Assembly: GCA_963771275.1 (NCBI GenBank)
Contig: CAVYSW010000003.1
Span: 1,568,001-1,632,000, forward strand
Direction of reading: 5' to 3'
Length of the DNA stretch: 64,000 bases
Origin: an uncultured Gemmatimonadales bacterium
GTDB lineage: Bacteria; Gemmatimonadota; Gemmatimonadetes; Gemmatimonadales; GWC2-71-9
Part shown: positions 48,550 through 56,167 of the stretch, one piece after another
Layout: every line of letters begins with the position of its first letter
How positions within the stretch are numbered: position 1 is the stretch's first letter
Notes under the pieces: model-generated
What the model was told of the DNA's origin: nothing
Seen by the model: only the letters and a program-made list of their open reading frames with translations
The model's database searches: none
Translations under genes and position numbers: made by a program

Positions 48550-49842
48550 ATGGGCATGACGGTGGTCCAGAAGATCCTCGCCCGCGCCTCCGGGCTGCCG
48601 GCGGTGCAGGTCGGCGACGTCGTGGAGCCCCGGGTGGATCTGGCCATGTCGCATGAAAACGCGGCGCTGGTCATCAACCAGTTCGCGGAGATCTACCAGG
48701 GCACGGCGCTCAAGCCCGTGATCTGGGATCCGGCGCGCGTCGCGGTGATCTTCGATCACCGCGTGCCAGCTGAGTCCCCCAAGACCGCGAGCAATCAGAA
48801 GAAGGTCCGCGAGTTCGTGGCGGCGCAGCTGATCCGCAAATTCCACGACATCCGGGGGGATGTCGGGGGGATCTGTCACCAAATCCTGCCGGAGAGCGGG
48901 TACGTTCGGCCCGGGGCGGTGGTGGTGGGAACCGACTCGCATACGACGAGCCACGGCGCGCTCGGCGCGTTCGCCTTCGGGATCGGTGCCACCGAGATGG
49001 CGAGCGTCTGGGCGCTGGGGACGGTGCTCAACGTCGAGGTGCCGGCGACGATCAAGGTGGTGGTGAAGGGGCGGTTCACGAAGCACGTCGGTCCCAAGGA
49101 CCTGATCCTCCACCTGATCGGCCGGCTCAGCGCCCAGGGTGCCAACTTCAAGGTGCTCGAGTTCCACGGCGACACGATCGACCGCATGTCCACGTCGGGA
49201 CGGCTGGTGCTGTGCAACATGGCGGTGGAGGCGGGGGCGACGGCGGGCATCGTCCCGGCGGATGCGGAAACTGCGCGCTACCTGCGCGACGAGGCCGGCG
49301 TGACGGATGGCCTCGAGCCGGTGCGGCCGGATCCCGACGCCCCCTACGACAGCGTGATCGACGTCCGGGTCTCGAAGCTGGAGCCCCAGATCGCCTGTCC
49401 GCACACGGTCGACAACGTGAAGCCGATTGCGGCCGTCGCGGGCAAGCGCATCCAGCAAGTCGTGATCGGCTCCTGCACCAACGGCCGGCTCGACGACCTC
49501 GCCGTCGCGGCCAAGATCATGAAGGGCCGGAAGGTGGCGCCCACCACGCGCATGCTGATCTTCCCGGCATCGAGCAGGATCTACCGGCAGGCGCTGGCGA
49601 AGGGCTACGTGCGCGCGTTCATGGAGGCGGGGGCGGTGGTGATGAACGCGGGATGCGGGCCGTGCCTCGGCGTGCACGAGGGGGCCCTCGGCGACGGCGA
49701 GACCGCGCTGTCCACCACGAACCGCAACTTCAAGGGCCGGATGGGGAACCCCAACTCGGAAGTCTATCTCTGCTCGCCGGCGGTGGCCGCGGCGTCGGCC
49801 TTGACTGGCGTGATCACCGATCCGCGGGAAGGGGCGCGGTGA
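48550..49842 (+). CDS. 3-isopropylmalate dehydratase/homoaconitase family large subunit (LeuC/HacA/DmdA-like)
   Basis: 'FDH', 'GICHQ', 'GTDSHT', Fe-S ligands 'IGSCTNG' and 'GCGPCLG', 'NRNFKGRMG'. Confidence 0.94.
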   Translation: MGMTVVQKILARASGLPAVQVGDVVEPRVDLAMSHENAALVINQFAEIYQGTALKPVIWDPARVAVIFDHRVPAESPKTASNQKKVREFVAAQLIRKFHDIRGDVGGICHQILPESGYVRPGAVVVGTDSHTTSHGALGAFAFGIGATEMASVWALGTVLNVEVPATIKVVVKGRFTKHVGPKDLILHLIGRLSAQGANFKVLEFHGDTIDRMSTSGRLVLCNMAVEAGATAGIVPADAETARYLRDEAGVTDGLEPVRPDPDAPYDSVIDVRVSKLEPQIACPHTVDNVKPIAAVAGKRIQQVVIGSCTNGRLDDLAVAAKIMKGRKVAPTTRMLIFPASSRIYRQALAKGYVRAFMEAGAVVMNAGCGPCLGVHEGALGDGETALSTTNRNFKGRMGNPNSEVYLCSPAVAAASALTGVITDPREGAR

Positions 49843-49843
49843 C

Positions 49844-50335
49844 ATGGCGACGGTCGTCTACAAGGTCGGCGACGATATCTCGACCGACGTGATCTATCCC
49901 GGCCGCCACATGGCGACGGTGCTCCCCACCGAGACGCCACAGTTCGCCTTCGCGGACGACGCGGCGTTCAACGGCAGGCTGAAGGCCAAGCAGATTCCGC
50001 CGGGGAGCGTGGTGGTCGGCGGCCGCAACTTTGGCTGCGGGTCGTCGCGCGAGCAGGCGGTCTCGTGCATCAAGGGCCACGAGCTCGTGATCGTCGCGCC
50101 GGATTTTGCGCGGATCTTCCTGCAGAACGGCATCAACCTCGGTCTCCGCATGGTGACGTGCCCCACCATCGAGGCCGCGGAGGGAGACGAGCTGGACATC
50201 ACCGCCGACGCGGTCGTGAATCGCAGAACCGGCAAGCGGTTCGCGGTGGTCCCGCTGCCGCGCTCGCGTCAGGCGATCATCGATGCCGGTGGGCTGATTC
50301 CGTTCACGCGGCGGCGCCTGCTGGCGGCGAAATGA
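49844..50335 (+). CDS. 3-isopropylmalate dehydratase/homoaconitase family small subunit (LeuD/HacB/DmdB-like)
   Basis: 'DISTDVIYP', 'NFGCGSSREQA', 'FARIFLQNGINLG', 'IIDAGGL'. Confidence 0.93.
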   Translation: MATVVYKVGDDISTDVIYPGRHMATVLPTETPQFAFADDAAFNGRLKAKQIPPGSVVVGGRNFGCGSSREQAVSCIKGHELVIVAPDFARIFLQNGINLGLRMVTCPTIEAAEGDELDITADAVVNRRTGKRFAVVPLPRSRQAIIDAGGLIPFTRRRLLAAK

Positions 50336-50363
50336 ACGGCGCCGGCCGGCGCAGGCCTGGGCT

Positions 50364-50435
50364 ACCGCAGAGCACGCGGAGCACGCAGAAGGTACTGCTG
50401 GAAGGTCCGTCTGCGGTCTCTGCGAGCTCTGCGGT
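50364..50435. repeat. Miniature palindromic repeat copy between convergent genes
   Basis: ACCGCAGAGCACGCGGAGCACGCAGA...TCTGCGGTCTCTGCGAGCTCTGCGGT. Confidence 0.85.
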
Positions 50436-50468
50436 TCCTGTGTCACGGCGATGCCGCTCGAGCACTAG

Positions 50469-51473
50469 CTAGGGAACGGGGCGCGGGCCGGGACGTCGGT
50501 CGTGGAACGGCGCGGGTCGCCACCTGACGGGCGGGACCGCCGATCGCCGATCCAGCCGCCGCAGCCCCAGCGCGTCCGCGATCCGGAGGGCTTCGGCGAA
50601 CTCGTCGGGCCGGAGCCGGCGGTTCAGCTCGGCATAGCGGTCCGCCCCGACCTTCCCGGCGGGCCGGTACTGGTCCATCAGGTTGATGTAGGTGTCGGTG
50701 CCCAACTCCCGCGCCACCCACGCGAGGATCATCCGTGTCTCGTCGAGCGCGCCGGGCATCACCAGGTGGCGCAGCAGCACGCCCCGGGCCGCAACCCCAT
50801 CGGCCGTCACGCGCAGCCTGCCCACCTGCCGGTGCATTTCGCGAATCGCCACCCGCGCCACCTCCGGGTAGTCGTCGGCCTTGAGGTAGGCGCGGCTCCG
50901 CGCCGGCGACCAGCACTTGAAGTCCGGCATGTAGACGTCCACGATGCCGTCGAGCAGCGCAAGGCTCTGGGGCGCGTCGTACGCGCTCGTGTTGTAGACG
51001 ATCGGCAGATTCAGGCCACGGTCGATCGCGACGGCCAGCGCCTCGAGCAGCTGGGGCACGACGTGCTCGGGGGTCACGAGGTTGATGTTGTGGCAGCCTT
51101 GCTGCTGGAGATCGAGCATCATGGCCGCGAGCTCTGCGGGGGTCGAGCCGTCGGCCGTCTCGCGGGCCGGCACCGCCTGGCTGATGTCGAAGTTCTGGCA
51201 GAAGACGCAGCGCAGGTTGCAGTGCGTGAAGAAGATCGTCCCCGAGCCGTTCCAGCCGCGCAGGCAGTCTTCCTCGCCGAAGTGGGGGAAGAAGCTGCTG
51301 ACGACGGCGTAGCGCCCCGTCTTGCACGCCGACCAGCGGCCGTCGAGCCGGTTCACGCCGCAGGCGCGCGGGCACGCCCGGCACTCGGCGAGCGTGGCAA
51401 TCGCGCGCTGGGCGCGGGCCCGGACGACGTCCGGGGCAAGCTCGAGATAGGCTGGCAGGCGGCTTATGATCAT
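50469..51473 (-). CDS. Radical SAM protein, PflX-like
   Basis: N-terminal 'CRACPRACGVNR...C', 'HFGEEDCL', 'CNLRCVFCQN' (CxxxCxxC), 'HNINLVTP', 'YMPDFK'; GGAGG RBS. Confidence 0.92.
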   Translation of the reverse strand: MIISRLPAYLELAPDVVRARAQRAIATLAECRACPRACGVNRLDGRWSACKTGRYAVVSSFFPHFGEEDCLRGWNGSGTIFFTHCNLRCVFCQNFDISQAVPARETADGSTPAELAAMMLDLQQQGCHNINLVTPEHVVPQLLEALAVAIDRGLNLPIVYNTSAYDAPQSLALLDGIVDVYMPDFKCWSPARSRAYLKADDYPEVARVAIREMHRQVGRLRVTADGVAARGVLLRHLVMPGALDETRMILAWVARELGTDTYINLMDQYRPAGKVGADRYAELNRRLRPDEFAEALRIADALGLRRLDRRSAVPPVRWRPAPFHDRRPGPRPVP

Positions 51474-51487
51474 CGGGCCCGGCCTCC

Positions 51488-51524
51488 AAAAAAAACCCGC
51501 CCGACCCCCAGCCGGTCGGGCGGG
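51488..51524 (-). terminator. Rho-independent terminator directly upstream of the radical SAM RBS (attenuator-like)
   Basis: 11-bp stem CCCGCCCGACC/GGTCGGGCGGG, 7-nt loop, eight T on the minus strand, then GGAGG and ATG. Confidence 0.85.
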
Positions 51525-51571
51525 CACATCTTTACGGACCGGGTCGGCGACTGCGGGAGGACCTCCGTGTC

Positions 51572-51637
51572 CTAATCGTACCAACCAACTAGAGCCGGAG
51601 GCAAAGGCCGCCTTGGTTCCCAAATCCGTGCATGCAT
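51572..51637 (-). CDS. Candidate 21-aa leader peptide MHARIWEPRRPLPPALVGWYD
   Basis: GGAGG 6 nt before ATG; lies just upstream of the terminator; no homology evidence. Confidence 0.3.
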   Translation of the reverse strand: MHARIWEPRRPLPPALVGWYD

Positions 51638-51879
51638 CCTAGCCTCCGGAGAGTAAAGTTTCCGGGAAAGTTGTCTGAAGAAACGTCAGGATTGGCTCCC
51701 CCTTCGAGGGTGGCGGAAGCCCGACTGGCTTTGTCCCGATCAGCGGTGTAGCGTTCCATGGTTCGATCAGCCCACGCTCGCGCGTCGGGCCCCGGCGGAA
51801 GCGGCTCGCAAGTCACGATGAGCCAAGGCGTTGCCCAATCGGCCCTCCGCTGGTGTCCTCTCACCAATGGGTGGTGTCC

Positions 51880-52500
51880 ATGTCAAAGCCTCAGCAGATT
51901 CGTCCCGAAGAGTCCGCGCTCCTCCTCATCGACCTGGCCAACGACTTCGTCTACCCGGGAGGCGTCATTGCCGATGCGGGGGGGCCCGCCTACCGGCAGC
52001 GGGCGCAGGAGATCATCCCCCGCCTCAAGCGCCTTGTGGCCGCGGCACGGGCCTCCGGCGTCACCGTGGCGTACGCCACCGACGCGCACACCGCGGACGA
52101 CGCCGAGCTCGCGAAGTGGCCGCCCCACGCCATGAAGGGCACGCCCGACGCGGAGATCGTGCCCGACTTGGCCCCGCGCGGAGGTGATCTCGTCGTGGAG
52201 AAGCAGACCTACAGCCCGTTCGTCAGCAGCGACCTGGACGCGACGCTCCGCGCCCGAGGCATCCGCCGGCTCTATGTCGCGGGCCTCCACACCGACTGCT
52301 GCGCCCGGCATACCTCCGGCGACGCGTTCCAGCGGGGCTACGACCTCGTGTGGGTGACCGACGGGCTGCAGGCCTTCACGCAGGAGGCCCACGAAGCCGG
52401 ACTGGAGTACTTCCGCGCCTGGTATGCGTCCGATCCGGAGCGCCAGCTGCGCACGACGGACCAGCTCATGGCCGAGTGGAAGGCGGCCGCCGGGAAGTGA
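51880..52500 (+). CDS. Isochorismatase-like cysteine hydrolase (nicotinamidase-like)
   Basis: 'ALLLIDLANDF', 'WPPHAMKGT', 'VEKQTYSPF', 'GLHTDCCA'. Confidence 0.9.
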   Translation: MSKPQQIRPEESALLLIDLANDFVYPGGVIADAGGPAYRQRAQEIIPRLKRLVAAARASGVTVAYATDAHTADDAELAKWPPHAMKGTPDAEIVPDLAPRGGDLVVEKQTYSPFVSSDLDATLRARGIRRLYVAGLHTDCCARHTSGDAFQRGYDLVWVTDGLQAFTQEAHEAGLEYFRAWYASDPERQLRTTDQLMAEWKAAAGK

Positions 52501-52521
52501 GGCAGGGACGCGCCCCGCGGA

Positions 52522-53676
52522 TCAGCGTTGGTCGCGGCGCGGCGCCTCGGTCTGCGCGCGGCCGAGTCCAGCCAGGCGACGCGCGAGCGAGCGGGCGTAG
52601 GAACCCTCGCCGAACGCCACGTCGGTGATGGCGTTCGCCAGGGCGCGGCCGAGGACGCGGTACGCAACCGCTTGGAGCGGCACCGGACCGTAGACGACGC
52701 GGGCGAGGATCCGCGCGGCCCGCAGGTCCGGGAGCACGTGTCGCCGCAGCGCGGCGTCGTAGGCCGGCCCCGCGCGTGCGGCGTCCAGCTGCGCGTCGAT
52801 CAGGGCCTGGGCCGCCAGGCGGCCACTCAGAGCGGCGTAGCTGATTCCCTCCGCCGTGAGGGGGTCGGCCAGGCCGGCGGCATCACCCACCACCATCACG
52901 CGGCCCCGCGTGAACGGTGGTCGCTCTGGCCGCAGCGGGATGACATACCCGTGGCGCACGGTGCCACGGGGCACGATTCCCAGGTGGTGGAGGTAGGCCT
53001 CGATCGCGGCCCCGAGCGCGACTTTGCCGCGCGCCGTGCTGAGCACGCCGATCGAGAGGTGATCGGTTTTGGGGAACACCCACGCGTATCCCCGCCGGGA
53101 GATCCCGAAATCCACTCGGGCGCACTCACCGAACCGCGCGAGCGTGGCACTGTCCACGTACGCCTCGATCTCGAGCGCCGGCGCCGCCCGTCGCCCCGCC
53201 GCCCAGCCCGCGGCGCCCGACACGGCTCCCGTCGCGCCGTCGGCCGCGATGACGGCGCTCGCGTCCAGTGGTCCGCGATCGGTTTCGAGGCGCACCTGAC
53301 CTGATTGGCGCACGACCGCGCCCGCCTTCCATGGGGCGAGCAGCTCCGCGCCGGCGTCGACCGCCGCCCGGGCCAGCAGCTGGTCGAGCGGCGCGCGGCG
53401 CGTCATGCGGATGATCGGGTCCGCGCGGCGGCAGACGAAGCTCCAGTCCTGTGGATGCAGGCCCACCGCGACGGCCCGGCACTCGTGCTCGACGACGGGA
53501 GCGATGTCGGCGGGGAGCCAGCGTATCGCGCGGGGCACGAGTCCGCCGCCGCAGGTCTTGTGGCGGGGCAGGGTCTCGCGCTCGACCAGAGCGACCCGGA
53601 CCCCTGCCCGCGCGAGATGGTACGCGGCGGTTGAGCCGGCAGGCCCGGTCCCGACGACCACGACGTCGTACCGCAA
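52522..53676 (-). CDS. Geranylgeranyl-reductase family FAD-dependent oxidoreductase
   Basis: 'VVGTGPAGS', 'PRHKTCGGG', 'GYAWVFPK', 'VGDAAGLADPLTAEGI'. Confidence 0.9.
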   Translation of the reverse strand: MRYDVVVVGTGPAGSTAAYHLARAGVRVALVERETLPRHKTCGGGLVPRAIRWLPADIAPVVEHECRAVAVGLHPQDWSFVCRRADPIIRMTRRAPLDQLLARAAVDAGAELLAPWKAGAVVRQSGQVRLETDRGPLDASAVIAADGATGAVSGAAGWAAGRRAAPALEIEAYVDSATLARFGECARVDFGISRRGYAWVFPKTDHLSIGVLSTARGKVALGAAIEAYLHHLGIVPRGTVRHGYVIPLRPERPPFTRGRVMVVGDAAGLADPLTAEGISYAALSGRLAAQALIDAQLDAARAGPAYDAALRRHVLPDLRAARILARVVYGPVPLQAVAYRVLGRALANAITDVAFGEGSYARSLARRLAGLGRAQTEAPRRDQR

Positions 53677-53682
53677 GGGAGC

Positions 53683-56121
53683 TCAGTCCGGGGGGTGTGC
53701 GGGTGGTGCGGGGGAGCTGAGCTCCCGCCGGAGCTCGGCCAGCTCGACGAGCCGCCGGGCGACGGCAGCACCGACGCTCCCATCCGGGTAGCTCCCGTCG
53801 GCGGCGCGCGCGCCTGCCGGCAGGCCCGTGAGGATCTCGAGACCTTCGTCGACCGTGGCGATCGGGAACACGTGGAACCGGCCCGCGGCGACGGCCTCCA
53901 CGACATCCCGTCGCAGCATCAGGTTGCGGACGTTCGACTGGGGTATGATGACCCCCTGCCGTCCCGTGAGTCCCCGCACGCCACAGGCGTCGAAGAACCC
54001 TTCGATCTTCTCGTTCACGCCGCCGATTGCCTGCACGTCGCCGTGCTGATTGATCGACCCGGTCACGGCCACCGCCTGGCTCAGCGGCACGTCGGCGATC
54101 GCCGACAGCAGGGCAAACAGCTCCGCGGCCGAGGCCGAGTCGCCCTCCACGCCACCGTACGACTGCTCGAACACGAGCGTCGCGGAGAGCGAGAGCGGGT
54201 GATCGGGCGCGAACCGCGCGCCGAGGAACCCGCCGAGAATCAGCACCCCCTTCGAGTGGATCGGACCGCCCAGCTCCACTTCGCGCTCGATGTCGAGCAC
54301 CTCGCCTTCACCGATCCGGACCCGCGCGGTGATCCGGGTGGGGTGGCCGAACGTGAACGTGCCGTAGGACGCGACCACCAGCCCGTTCAGCTGCCCGATC
54401 CGCGCTCCGTCGGTGTCGATCAGCAGGGTGCCGCGCTCCAGGGCCTCGAGGTATCGCTGGCGCGGGCGGTCGGCCCGGGCGATCGGCGCCGTGATCGCGC
54501 GCTCCGCATCGTCGGCCTGCACGACCGCGTGCCCCGCTTCGGACGCCCAGTGGTTCGCCTCGCGGAGCAGGTCCATCACGATCGCGATCCGTGCCGAGAG
54601 CTTCCCCTGGTCCTCCACGAGCCGGCCACTGTGCTCCATGACCCGCGCGACGGCGGAACGGTGCAGCGGCCGGAGCTTCTCCTGGCGGCACACCGTGGCG
54701 AGGAGGCAGGCGTACTGCCTGATCTGCCCCCCGTGCGCCTCCATCGTCTCGTCGAAATCCGCGGCGACCTTGAAATGCTCCGGGAAATCCGGGTCGAGCG
54801 TGTGAACGAGGTAGTACAGTGATGGATCGCCCATCAGGATCACCTGGGCGGCGAGCGGGACGGGCTCGGGCTCCAGCGACACGGTCGTCGCGAAGCCGGA
54901 CGCTTCCGCGGGGGGCTCGATCCGCACCTGGCAGGCCGCGAGCGCACGCTTCAGCGCGTCCCACGCGTACGGGTTCCGCAACAGGCGGTGCATGTCGAGC
55001 AGCAGGTAGCCGCCGTTGGCGCGATGCAGCGCCCCGCCCTTGATCAGGGTGTGGTCCGTGACCAGGGCGCCGAATTCCGCCGTGTGCTCGATCCGGCCGA
55101 CGAGGTTCTCGTACGTCGGGTTATCCTCGTAGATCACCGGCGCGCCCGACTGCCCCGTGTTGTCCACCACCACGTTGACGTGATACAGCCGCCGCATCGC
55201 GGCCGGGTCGGGGCGCCCGGCCGCCTCCAGCCTGGTCGCCGGTGGTCCCTCGCCGCCGCCCGCGACCTCGCGCGCGTGTTCGACGACGTGGCGCTGGACC
55301 GCGTCGAGGTGCTGCTGGACGTCCGCCAGGTCGCGGTACTTCTCCCGCACCTCGCCCAGAGGGTGCTCCACCGCGAGCGCGGCGGTCTCGCGGCGCAGGG
55401 CGCGCTGCCGCTCGCGCCGCTCCCGGTTCCAGCGCGGCACCTGCCGCAGCGTCTGCTGCACCTCGGCCTGGAGGCCCGCGACCGCCGCGTCGAACCGCGC
55501 GCGCTCCTCCGCCGGCAGGTGCTCGAACTGGTCTTCCGTGAGGACTTCCTCTCCCTTGAGCGGCGCGAACGTGAGGCCGGTGGGCGTGCGGAGCAGCGCG
55601 AGGCCAGCGCCCCGGGCCCGGTCCCCAATCTCGCCGAGCCGCTGCTCGGGCCGCTGCTTGAACTCGTCCTCAATCACCTGGCGCCGCCGCTGGTACTCGT
55701 CCGCGTCGAAGGCGGCCGCGATCACGCTCTGCAGATCCTCGGCGAGCCGCTCCAGATCGCGACGCAGCTCGGTGCTGCGCCCGGCCGGCACCCGCAGCAC
55801 CTTCGGTTGCTGCGGCTCGTCGAAGTTGTGGAGGTAGCACAGGTCCGCGGGAGTCGGCTGCTGGCGGGCCAGCGCTGCGAGATACTGGTGCAGGAACGAG
55901 CGCTTGCCGGTCCCCGGCAGGCCGAACGCGAAAATGTTGAACCCCTGCCGGCGGATCCCGGTGCCGAACGCCACGGCCGCCGCGGCTCGGGGCTGTCCGA
56001 CGATGCCGAACACGTCCTCGAGCTCGTCGGTCGTCTCGAACGGAGGCAATTCCTGTTCGTAGTGACGGACGAGGGCCTCGGGTGGGAGCTCCCCGGGGTA
56101 CAGCGGTGGTCGAGCGCTCAT
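53683..56121 (-). CDS. Lon-like (S16, AAA_32/LonC-type) ATP-dependent protease
   Basis: Walker A 'GLPGTGKR', 'GALHRANGGYL', catalytic Ser 'EGDSASAAE' and Lys 'GGVNEKIEGF'. Confidence 0.92.
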   Translation of the reverse strand: MSARPPLYPGELPPEALVRHYEQELPPFETTDELEDVFGIVGQPRAAAAVAFGTGIRRQGFNIFAFGLPGTGKRSFLHQYLAALARQQPTPADLCYLHNFDEPQQPKVLRVPAGRSTELRRDLERLAEDLQSVIAAAFDADEYQRRRQVIEDEFKQRPEQRLGEIGDRARGAGLALLRTPTGLTFAPLKGEEVLTEDQFEHLPAEERARFDAAVAGLQAEVQQTLRQVPRWNRERRERQRALRRETAALAVEHPLGEVREKYRDLADVQQHLDAVQRHVVEHAREVAGGGEGPPATRLEAAGRPDPAAMRRLYHVNVVVDNTGQSGAPVIYEDNPTYENLVGRIEHTAEFGALVTDHTLIKGGALHRANGGYLLLDMHRLLRNPYAWDALKRALAACQVRIEPPAEASGFATTVSLEPEPVPLAAQVILMGDPSLYYLVHTLDPDFPEHFKVAADFDETMEAHGGQIRQYACLLATVCRQEKLRPLHRSAVARVMEHSGRLVEDQGKLSARIAIVMDLLREANHWASEAGHAVVQADDAERAITAPIARADRPRQRYLEALERGTLLIDTDGARIGQLNGLVVASYGTFTFGHPTRITARVRIGEGEVLDIEREVELGGPIHSKGVLILGGFLGARFAPDHPLSLSATLVFEQSYGGVEGDSASAAELFALLSAIADVPLSQAVAVTGSINQHGDVQAIGGVNEKIEGFFDACGVRGLTGRQGVIIPQSNVRNLMLRRDVVEAVAAGRFHVFPIATVDEGLEILTGLPAGARAADGSYPDGSVGAAVARRLVELAELRRELSSPAPPAHPPD

Positions 56122-56167
56122 GGTCGGGCCCTCCTGCCGCTTCCCGCGGCGCAGTCGTGCATCGAGC

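Noticed and set aside
45288..50335. Calling the operon plain leuBCD or lysine biosynthesis
   Set aside because: No synthase or other pathway genes, atypical small-subunit loop, and the lyase and transferase are embedded in it; gene symbols withheld.
51480..51880. Known riboswitch or housekeeping RNA (ZTP, SAM, TPP, cobalamin, c-di-GMP, guanidine, 6S, SRP, RNase P)
   Set aside because: None of the consensus cores were recognisable by eye; reported as an unknown leader instead.
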